Shown here: piece by piece, positions 9,589 to 17,186 of the stretch
Numbering within the stretch: the stretch's first letter is position 1
Layout: each line of letters opens with the position of its first letter
From: Candidatus Hermodarchaeota archaeon
GTDB taxonomy: Archaea; Asgardarchaeota; Heimdallarchaeia; Hodarchaeales; Hodarchaeaceae
NCBI GenBank assembly: GCA_048886185.1
Contig: JBHLKY010000001.1
Location: 60,001 to 92,000, forward strand
Direction: 5' to 3'
Length of the DNA: 32,000 nt
Notes under the pieces: generated by a model
What the model was told of the DNA's origin: nothing
Database searches by the model: none
Seen by the model: only the letters and a program-made list of their open reading frames with translations
Program-made: the position numbers and the translations under genes

Positions 9589-10431
9589 TTGATGATAAAA
9601 TGTACTGTTTGTGGATATGAAAACTTACCTGGGTCATTTAACTGTTCCAATTGCAATAGTGATATTATTATTGGAAAAAGAAAACCTTTAACGGATTCTA
9701 GAATTGAGAAAGCAATATTAGAGGATTGTCTTGAGGAAGTTGGAGGAGAAGAATCATTAGCTATCGAAGTTCAACCTGATACACCAGTGAAAAAAGTAGT
9801 ACAATTGATGGTAGATCGTCAGAAATGCTCAGTAGTTGTCCTAGGATCAGGTGGATCTATTGAGGGGATTTTTACTGAACGATCTCTTCTTCGAAGAGTA
9901 TGTAATGAATCACCGATAAATGTAGATAAACCAATTAGAGAAGCGATGTTAAAAAAACCTGTTGTTCTTAAGAAGAGTGATTCAGTAGCATATGCTCTTC
10001 ATATGATGGGTGTGCAAGGCTATTCCTATGCAATCATAAAGGATGATCCTATTCGAGTAATTAACATTAGAGATATATTACACTATATAGTTGAGTTACA
10101 TCCGAGTCTTGGAGGTTTTGATAATGTTCTCAACGATTTTAAAATGGCTGTTCTCAAAAATAATACACTTTCTGAAGAAGAAAAGGAGATTATCAATCAC
10201 ATTGAAAAAAGTAAAGATCTTTTTTACAAATCCTTTACAATGGCTCGTAATACTGGTAAATTAGGGGAAACTGAGAGGATAACAAAAAAAACTTTTCTGA
10301 AGAGCTTTATTCCAGCTGTTAAAGAAATTTTTAAGGAGGAAGAATCTCTCTCTAATGAAGAAAAAATCATGCTTGAGAAGTTAATTGGGTTGATTGAGAG
10401 ATTTAAGGATCATTTTTTATCAAACGAATAA
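9589..10431 (+). CDS. Zn-ribbon + CBS-pair protein with helical C-terminal extension
   Basis: N-terminal CTVCG...CSNC, CBS motifs (VQPDTPVKKVVQLM...GIFTERSLL; SDSVAYALHMM...INIRDILHYI) and a ~110 aa helical tail. Start is TTG 9589 or ATG 9592. Confidence 0.8.
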   Translation: MMIKCTVCGYENLPGSFNCSNCNSDIIIGKRKPLTDSRIEKAILEDCLEEVGGEESLAIEVQPDTPVKKVVQLMVDRQKCSVVVLGSGGSIEGIFTERSLLRRVCNESPINVDKPIREAMLKKPVVLKKSDSVAYALHMMGVQGYSYAIIKDDPIRVINIRDILHYIVELHPSLGGFDNVLNDFKMAVLKNNTLSEEEKEIINHIEKSKDLFYKSFTMARNTGKLGETERITKKTFLKSFIPAVKEIFKEEESLSNEEKIMLEKLIGLIERFKDHFLSNE

Positions 10432-10464
10432 ATCTCTTGTAATAATTCCCTAGATGAAATGATA

Positions 10465-11820
10465 TTATTTACATTTTTTCCTAGCTATATTTGCTGCTAT
10501 CAGAATTGGATCCCAAACAGGAGCAAAGGGCGGAGCATATGAAAGATCAAGCTTCTGGATATCTTCTATTTTCATTCTTGCTGCAAGTGCTGTTGCCAAC
10601 ACATCAATTTTTTTTGCACCTAATGTACTAGGCGCTGTTATTTCAGCTCCTAGAAAAAGGTGACTTTCTGTATCAAATACAAATTGGATTGACATTTTCT
10701 TAGAGCCAGGATAGTAATGAGCAATTTCCTTACTTTCGATAGATATAGTTTGGGCATTATATCCTAGATTCTTTGCCTCTTTCTCAGTTATACCCGTCGT
10801 TGAACAATATAAATCAAGTACTTTATATATAGCTGTACCAACTACGCCTGGAAATGGAAAATCAGTTTCTCCTGAAATAACCGAACCTGCTATACGGCCT
10901 TGTTTGTTGGCAGCTGGAGCTAAAGGGAGATACACATTTTTCTTCAAAATTTGATGATAAGAAGAAGCACAATCCCCTGCAGCATAGACATCTTGAATAT
11001 TTGTTTGCATATATTCATTTGTTTTTATAGCGCCATTGGGGAGAAGATCAAGGGTGGTCTTCTTGAACATGTCTGTTGCTGGAACAACACCGATCGAAAG
11101 TTGAATAAGATTCGTTTCTATAATCTGTCCATCGTCTATGAAAACTTTTAAACGAGCATCAGAAATTGATTCGACTTTCATTACTCGCTTCTCAAGTATG
11201 ATCTTTATTCCATGCTTCTGAAGTTCTGAAGTGACATACTTTTGGCTTTCAGATCGAAAAATTAGTCGAGGTCCGATAACAGTGATTTGCTCTCCTTTTA
11301 TCCCTTGAGCAATGTATGCCTCCAACATTTCTAATCCTATATATCCACCACCTATAATCACAACAGAATCTACATGATTTTTCGCTAAGAATGATTTCAA
11401 ATATTCTGCGTGATTTAAAGTATGAACTTTGAAAATTCGAGGGTGATCAATATCTAAACATGGATCAGATTTCGCTTTGGCACCAGTTGCAATAATTAAA
11501 TAATCATATGATTTACGAAACTCCTTAGCATGCTTGAGATCCTTAACCAGAACAGATTTTGCCTCAAAATTAACTTTTATGACCTCATGGTATAAATGCA
11601 CGGGAATATTTCGATGTTCTTCTAGTTTTTCTTTCGTTAAAGTGATTAATTGATCAAGACTCTTAACCTCATTAGACACATAGTACGGTATCCCACAGGC
11701 ACCATAAGAAACATATCGGTCCTTTTCATATACATCTATTTCCCAGTCAGCATGTGTTTTGCGTATTGCACTTGCAGCACTTAAACCTGCAGGATTACCA
11801 CCAATTACTACAACCCTCAT
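10465..11820 (-). CDS. CoA-disulfide reductase / NADH oxidase family flavoprotein
   Basis: GGNPAG FAD motif, single-Cys active site SYGACGIPY, GGGYIGLE, YAAGDC, LAPAANKQGR and LSYAPPFAPVWDP. Confidence 0.9.
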   Translation of the reverse strand: MRVVVIGGNPAGLSAASAIRKTHADWEIDVYEKDRYVSYGACGIPYYVSNEVKSLDQLITLTKEKLEEHRNIPVHLYHEVIKVNFEAKSVLVKDLKHAKEFRKSYDYLIIATGAKAKSDPCLDIDHPRIFKVHTLNHAEYLKSFLAKNHVDSVVIIGGGYIGLEMLEAYIAQGIKGEQITVIGPRLIFRSESQKYVTSELQKHGIKIILEKRVMKVESISDARLKVFIDDGQIIETNLIQLSIGVVPATDMFKKTTLDLLPNGAIKTNEYMQTNIQDVYAAGDCASSYHQILKKNVYLPLAPAANKQGRIAGSVISGETDFPFPGVVGTAIYKVLDLYCSTTGITEKEAKNLGYNAQTISIESKEIAHYYPGSKKMSIQFVFDTESHLFLGAEITAPSTLGAKKIDVLATALAARMKIEDIQKLDLSYAPPFAPVWDPILIAANIARKKCK

Positions 11821-11862
11821 ACTTCTTCCTCAAAGCCAGTCAATATTCTTTTTGAAATAACT

Positions 11863-12846
11863 TTAGACAATTTGTCGTTTGATTTCTGAAGTTTCTTTAA
11901 TATGTTCTTGCTTCCAATAGGGATCACGGATGTAGATATATGCCCCATGAGCTGCGAGAGCTCCTTGAGCGGCTGCTAAAGTAGCTAGTTGATAGGGGGT
12001 AACAATATCTCCAGCTGCAAAAACTCCTTCAATATTTGTACGTTGAAGTTGATCCGTCTTTAGGAATTTTCCTTGAAATTCTAATCCTAAATCCTCAAAT
12101 ATCTCAGTATTTGGCTTTAACCCTACTGCAAGGATTACTTTCTCGACATTGAGTTCGATTTTTTCTCTAGTATTTATATCCTCTAAGATCGCCCCTTCTA
12201 CTTTACGTTGTCCAAGAATCTCTTTAATACTGACATTAGTCAGTATTTCGGCCATTTTTTCCTTTTTTACCAGATCTAAATTTTTTTCTGATGCTCTGAA
12301 GTCATTTCGACGGTGGGCCAAATAAATCTTCTGTGCAATGTTATTAAGATCTAAAACGGCATCGATGGCGGTATCACCACCTCCTACAACGAGTACACGA
12401 CGATTGTAAAAAATATCTGGTTCAATTACATAAGGATAAACCCCTCTGTCTTTGCTAGAAAGCTTTGCCTCCCCTGGAATTCCCAATTCATTAGGTTTCA
12501 TTCCTGTAGCTATAATAATAGATTTTGCTTGATAACTCGTTCCTTCAGAAGTTACAACATTAAGGTTCCTATGGATTTTTATAACTCGTTCTTTTATAAG
12601 ATGGACACCGTGATCTGCTGCTTGACGAACCCATTCTGAAACGAGATGTTCAGCACGAATGCGTGGTGTACCTGGGTAGTTGTAAATTTTCTTCTTGGGA
12701 TAAATAGTACTTAAAAGTCCTCCCCATGTGCCCCCCTCGAATACTGCTGTAACTAATCCTTTAAGCGAAGCAATAATTCCAGCAGAGAGTCCCGCTGGCC
12801 CACCTCCAATAACAATAACATCAAAGTTATTAGTTAATCCATTCAT
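11863..12846 (-). CDS. Thioredoxin-reductase-fold flavoprotein lacking CxxC, probably TrxR-type ferredoxin-NADP+ reductase
   Basis: GGGPAG, IYPKKKIYNYPG, IIIATG, GGGDTA, HRRNDFR (NADPH motif) and FAAGD. The CxxC position reads GVYPYVIEPD, and the protein contains no Cys. Confidence 0.8.
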   Translation of the reverse strand: MNGLTNNFDVIVIGGGPAGLSAGIIASLKGLVTAVFEGGTWGGLLSTIYPKKKIYNYPGTPRIRAEHLVSEWVRQAADHGVHLIKERVIKIHRNLNVVTSEGTSYQAKSIIIATGMKPNELGIPGEAKLSSKDRGVYPYVIEPDIFYNRRVLVVGGGDTAIDAVLDLNNIAQKIYLAHRRNDFRASEKNLDLVKKEKMAEILTNVSIKEILGQRKVEGAILEDINTREKIELNVEKVILAVGLKPNTEIFEDLGLEFQGKFLKTDQLQRTNIEGVFAAGDIVTPYQLATLAAAQGALAAHGAYIYIRDPYWKQEHIKETSEIKRQIV

Positions 12847-12883
12847 TTGATCACCATTTAATTTACCTATATATGTACTTTCT

Positions 12884-13981
12884 TCATTCTAGGTCTGATA
12901 ATGATAGTTTAATATCCATGGCATGTTCTGATAATCTTTCCTGAACATAAGTTCCCGATAATCTCCAGATATTACGAATTCTTCCATGTTTATCAATCAA
13001 GAAGGTTGTTCTTTCTGCCATTCCCGTTTCATTGTTTAAACAACCATAATTAGCTGAAATTTCTTTCTTTAGATCTGATATCAAGGGAAATGGAAGATGT
13101 AGACTATTTCTAAAAGATTGGAGATCTGAGACATCATCTACAGAAACTCCAATAACCTCTACATCAAGTTTCTTAAGTTCGTTATAGGCGTCTCGAAATC
13201 CTTCTGCTTCGATAATACATCCAGGAGTGTTTGCTTTAGGATAAAAGAATAGGGCAAGAGTTTTCTTGTTTTGAAAATCTGATAGTCTTATTGTTTCATT
13301 TTTATCTGTTTGAGCAATGAAGTTAGGAGCAAGATCACCAATTTCAAGGAAACCACTTTGCGTTTCAACTTTCTTGAGGGATTGTGTATCAGTTGCATAA
13401 ACTTCTTTAATTCTTTCCCAGAATGGTAGTTCTACATTTGTACTTAACATCATTGGTAGGCATAATGGGCAATCCTCCTCATGAGGCCTTCCAATAATAG
13501 GTGAAGCTACATGAAACCATGGATAAATGACATTTGAATGTAGTTCTTTTTCAAATGCTCGGACTTTTGGGTCGTTCAATCGTTCCCAAGGAGTTTCCTG
13601 ATATTTTTCATCTAACAACTGTGAAACACCTTTGAAAAGATTATTTATAACTTTCATTGCTTCAGTATCAACATCTCTCTCCCTGAATGCTGCACAAATA
13701 ATGTTTTCCGATCTTGTGTAATAAAATAACAGTTTTAAGGATCCAATACTCATACTTTGGACTTTTGTTTCTGATTCAGCAAACATCCCTGGCATTGTGG
13801 AGACAGCTGCTAAGAAAGCTGTTAGAAGTTCATCTTTTTTCCCTAACATCCCGCAGACATTTCCCCAACATCTCGAATAGATCGGTTGTCCTGAATCTTG
13901 ATAGATAATTAAGTATTCTAATTTAATTGTCCTGATCTGTTTCTTTCTTCTAAGAAAATTTACGATGGACCCAAGTTTCAT
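12884..13981 (-). CDS. Fusion: N-terminal longin-like domain, Cys/His-rich linker, C-terminal BCP/PrxQ peroxiredoxin
   Basis: Residues ~211-365 carry FFYPKANTPGC (PxxxTxxC), VIGVSVD, FPLISD and ERTTFLID. Residues ~20-155 show the longin beta-beta-alpha-beta-beta-beta-alpha-alpha pattern (EYLIIYQDSGQPIYSR, ELLTAFLAAVS, LKLLFYY, NIICAAF). The Prx call is strong; the longin call is by pattern only. Confidence 0.8.
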   Translation of the reverse strand: MKLGSIVNFLRRKKQIRTIKLEYLIIYQDSGQPIYSRCWGNVCGMLGKKDELLTAFLAAVSTMPGMFAESETKVQSMSIGSLKLLFYYTRSENIICAAFRERDVDTEAMKVINNLFKGVSQLLDEKYQETPWERLNDPKVRAFEKELHSNVIYPWFHVASPIIGRPHEEDCPLCLPMMLSTNVELPFWERIKEVYATDTQSLKKVETQSGFLEIGDLAPNFIAQTDKNETIRLSDFQNKKTLALFFYPKANTPGCIIEAEGFRDAYNELKKLDVEVIGVSVDDVSDLQSFRNSLHLPFPLISDLKKEISANYGCLNNETGMAERTTFLIDKHGRIRNIWRLSGTYVQERLSEHAMDIKLSLSDLE

Positions 13982-14611
13982 TTTTTCTTTACATCCTTTA
14001 AAATATGTTTATTAATATTATTAGAATCGTAATGAAGCGCTCGTTGGGGAAGTATCTTATGAACACGATTTTAAAATCATTGGCATACAAATTGGACAAT
14101 TTTCTTTATGATTATCTCCATTAAATGGTAAGGTGCGATAAAACCAAGGATGCATGACTTTCTTCAATAATTCCCTTTCAAATGAGATAACCATGGGATC
14201 ATTTAGTCGATCCCAAGGAGTTTTTTGAAAATCTTCGTCAATTAATTGTGTAATGTCTTGGAAAAGATCATTTATAACCCCCATTGTGTTTTTATTCACA
14301 TCTTCCTCTGGAAAGGCTAGGCATATGATATTTTCTGATTCTGTGTAACAGAATAACAATTTTAATGATCCAATACTTATATTCTGGACTTTTTCATTTT
14401 CAGATTCAGCAAACATCCTTGGCATAGTGGAGACAGCTGCTAAAAATGCTGTCATCAATTCATCTTTTTTTCCCAACATCCCACAAACATTCCCCCAACA
14501 CTTCGCATAGATTGGTTGTCCTGAATTTTGACAAATAATAACATATTCCAACTTAATTTGGTCAAGGTGTCTCTTTTTCTTAAAAACATCCATTAATGAA
14601 TTAATTTTCAT
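13445..14611 (-). repeat. Tandem gene duplication (13445-13981 vs 14057-14611)
   Basis: Similarity is visible at DNA level, e.g. gattcagcaaacatcc.tggcat.gtggagacagctgctaa and ttcatcttttttc occur in both copies. Confidence 0.9.
14057..14611 (-). CDS. Stand-alone longin-like protein, paralog of the N-terminal half of 12884..13981
   Basis: Hand alignment gives about 113 identities over ~180 aa to the fusion N-terminus, including the identical stretch CWGNVCGMLGKKDEL and H-x3-CPxCxPM. Confidence 0.8.
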   Translation of the reverse strand: MKINSLMDVFKKKRHLDQIKLEYVIICQNSGQPIYAKCWGNVCGMLGKKDELMTAFLAAVSTMPRMFAESENEKVQNISIGSLKLLFCYTESENIICLAFPEEDVNKNTMGVINDLFQDITQLIDEDFQKTPWDRLNDPMVISFERELLKKVMHPWFYRTLPFNGDNHKENCPICMPMILKSCS

Positions 14612-14866
14612 TTATTCATCTCTTCTATCAGAGTCCTTGAATAAAATTCTGTCCTATCTTTAATAATACATTAATTTGTTGAAATAAATCTTTTTCAATA
14701 TGAAATTCGTTATCATTCAGAAATTCATAACAAGCTAAATGATTAAGCTCATGAAGTTGCTTTAGCTATTTTAGACTAATAAAATATTGCTACAATTACA
14801 AGAGGCATACTGAAAAGGCATTTTTCGTCCCAATTTAATTTTAAGAAAAATATTAAGGTGAAAAAT

Positions 14867-15004
14867 TTGGCAATATGGGAATGTAGAATGTGTGGATACA
14901 CATACGATGACGAAGATCAAGGGGTTCCTTTTGAAGAGCTTCCTGATGATTGGATATGTCCTTGGTGTAAAGCTCCTAAGAAATACTTTGATAAGTATGA
15001 ATAA
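14867..15004 (+). CDS. rub: Rubredoxin, short 45 aa type
   Basis: Hand translation MAIWECRMCGYTYDDEDQGVPFEELPDDWICPWCKAPKKYFDKYE*, with CxxCG...FEELPDDWxCPxC. TTG start about 6 nt after AAGGTGA; in-frame GTG at 14858 is an alternative. Absent from the ORF track. Confidence 0.95.
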   Translation: MAIWECRMCGYTYDDEDQGVPFEELPDDWICPWCKAPKKYFDKYE

Positions 15005-15026
15005 AAGCTTTTTTCCTTTAGCTATT

Positions 15027-15590
15027 TCAGTTTTCATTATATTTATTATAATAAATGAACTCATGTAACAACTTGCGTTTAGGACGTTCTGCCTCATTTT
15101 TTCGTTGATGATCTTTAAAGAAGTCAGGAATTATGTTTGATTTTTTTCCAACAATAATAAGAGTAATTAAAAGCATTTCTTCAGGAATATCAAGTAGTTG
15201 TTTAACTTTTTCTGGGAAAAAACCTGCTATTGGATGAGCAACTAAACCTCTTTCAGTTAAGTATAAGATCATCAACGCTGTTGCCATTCCCGTATCAAAA
15301 AGAAAGTACTGACGGTTTTTTATTATACAGTCTAAGTCTGATTTAGAAAATACAGCAATAATTAGACTGGCAGCTTTTGCCCATGCGTTCCCATTAGTAA
15401 GTGTTTCGTCCTTTACACGAGTGAGTAATTCTTTCTCATAAATAAAAATAAACCTCCATGGCTGATTATTAGAACAAGATGGAGCTAATTGAGCTATTAG
15501 TGCAGTTTCTTCAATCAATTCTCTTGTAATCTCTACTGGTTCCAATGCCCTATAAGCTCTTCTCCTTTTAACTAAATTTTCAAAATTCAT
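15027..15590 (-). CDS. Nitroreductase family (FMN-dependent) protein
   Basis: RRRAYRA, APSCSNNQPWRF, FDTGMA, RGLVAHPIAGF and C-terminal RPKRK. GGTGA RBS upstream. Confidence 0.92.
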   Translation of the reverse strand: MNFENLVKRRRAYRALEPVEITRELIEETALIAQLAPSCSNNQPWRFIFIYEKELLTRVKDETLTNGNAWAKAASLIIAVFSKSDLDCIIKNRQYFLFDTGMATALMILYLTERGLVAHPIAGFFPEKVKQLLDIPEEMLLITLIIVGKKSNIIPDFFKDHQRKNEAERPKRKLLHEFIYYNKYNEN

Positions 15591-15782
15591 TACTTTTTCA
15601 CCATTTAAAACAGATTTCTGGTAAGTTTACAATTGTAAAAATGCTTTCAAGTATTTTTACTTAAACATTACCTCTGAAAATCGCAAAGAAGGTATTTAAG
15701 ATCTGAATAAGTTTGATAAAACATCATGAGTTAAGATAAAAAAAGGTATTTTCATTCTTTAAATCTAATAGAAGTGATAATT

Positions 15783-16286
15783 GTGGGAAAAACAGAAGAG
15801 AAACTAATGGCTGCATTTGCTGGGGAATCCCAAGCGAATAGAAAGTATCTTGCTTTTGCGAAAAAAGCGGAAAAAGAAGGTTTTAACCAAGTAGCTCGTG
15901 TATTTCGGGCTGCGGCGGCTGCAGAAACTGTACATGCACATGCACATTTACGTGTGTATGGAGGTATTAAATCTACTCTTGAAAATATTCAAGAAGCTAT
16001 TGGAGGAGAACACTATGAATTTGTTTCCATGTATCCAGAATTCATAGATATAGCTAAAGAAGAGGGTAGAAAAGCAGCAGAACGAAGTTTTGATCTAGCA
16101 AGACAGGTGGAAATCATCCATCATGAGCTTTATTCTAAAGCCTTAAAGGCGGTTGAAGAGGGAAAAGATCTGTCTGAAACATCATTGTTCGTCTGTAATG
16201 TCTGTGGTTACACCTGTGAAAATGAGATTCCAGATATTTGTCCTGTATGTGGAGCGTCTCACGAACGATTTACTGAGATTGAATAA
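15783..16286 (+). CDS. rbr: Rubrerythrin
   Basis: AFAGESQANRKYLAFA, AAAETVHA, GEHYE...MYP, EIIH and C-terminal rubredoxin-like CNVCGY...CPVCG. GTG start at 15783; the ORF track uses 15774. Confidence 0.95.
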   Translation: MGKTEEKLMAAFAGESQANRKYLAFAKKAEKEGFNQVARVFRAAAAAETVHAHAHLRVYGGIKSTLENIQEAIGGEHYEFVSMYPEFIDIAKEEGRKAAERSFDLARQVEIIHHELYSKALKAVEEGKDLSETSLFVCNVCGYTCENEIPDICPVCGASHERFTEIE

Positions 16287-16300
16287 TCTCTCTTGATATT

Positions 16301-16347
16301 CCAAGGATTAACCTCACTCCTTGGGGTATATCCCCTTTCTTTTTTTT
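16301..16347 (+). terminator. Putative terminator after rubrerythrin: two overlapping hairpins and a T-tract
   Basis: ccaagga (16301-07) / tccttgg (16318-24) inverted repeat, then gggg-tatat-cccc (16323-35), then tttctttttttt. Confidence 0.5.
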
Positions 16348-16443
16348 GTCTACTTTAGTCTCTAGAGACCCGCCAATGTTTTTTTTACGATTTTTTTTTG
16401 AAGAATTTTTTAAAATAACCATAAATATAGAACCTGAATAAGT

Positions 16444-17175
16444 ATGACCTCTGTTACTCTATATTTAAGCAATTTGAATGCACTTCAACCTTATATCGAT
16501 AGAAATGGACTTGTTGACTATAATCGCTTAAAAGATGATGAGTGGTTGAGAGATCAAATTAATTATATTAAATTAGTGAATATAGAGAATATGTCTCATG
16601 ATGAAGAGTTTGCTTTTTGGTTGAATGCCTACAACATACTTACCCTTAAAGGAGTGTGTATGGAATTAGACCTAGATCCACATTGGAAAGGAAATGTTTC
16701 GTATTGGAGTAAGGTGAGATTTTTTTTTCTAAGACGTTTTAATGTTGCTGGAAGAAAAATGAATTTGTGGTTTTTAGAAAATAAAATATTGCGAGGGCGT
16801 TTTAAAGATCCTAGAATTCATTTTGCGATTAACTGTGCTTCAAAATCGTGCCCTAATTTGCCAGAAAGACTTTTTGCCCCCAAGGACTTAGATAGATACT
16901 TAAATATGCTTTCTATTAATTTCATAAATGATAAAGATCATGTATTTCTTAATGAGGAAGAGAAAATCCTTTATCTTAATCCTATTTTTAAGTGGTATAA
17001 AAAAGACTTCAAAGCTCATGGTGGAGTGAAAAAATTCATATCAAAGTATTGGCAGCAGAGCGAAGAGTCAATCTTTGAAACATTTCAAATCAAATATTTA
17101 GAGTATGATTGGTCTATTAATTCTCAAGATTCTCATAAAAAACTACTGAAAATTGATGTTATAAGTAAAACATAA
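16444..17175 (+). CDS. DUF547 domain protein
   Basis: GLVDYNRL, AFWLNAYNILT, DPRIHFAINCASKSCPNL, IFKWYKKDF and YDWSIN. Confidence 0.88.
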   Translation: MTSVTLYLSNLNALQPYIDRNGLVDYNRLKDDEWLRDQINYIKLVNIENMSHDEEFAFWLNAYNILTLKGVCMELDLDPHWKGNVSYWSKVRFFFLRRFNVAGRKMNLWFLENKILRGRFKDPRIHFAINCASKSCPNLPERLFAPKDLDRYLNMLSINFINDKDHVFLNEEEKILYLNPIFKWYKKDFKAHGGVKKFISKYWQQSEESIFETFQIKYLEYDWSINSQDSHKKLLKIDVISKT

Positions 17176-17186
17176 AATAATAGGAA

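Noticed and set aside
14771-15097. 108 aa minus-strand ORF from the track
   Set aside because: It lies antisense to a clear rubredoxin and overlaps the nitroreductase 3' end, with no recognisable motifs; treated as a shadow ORF.
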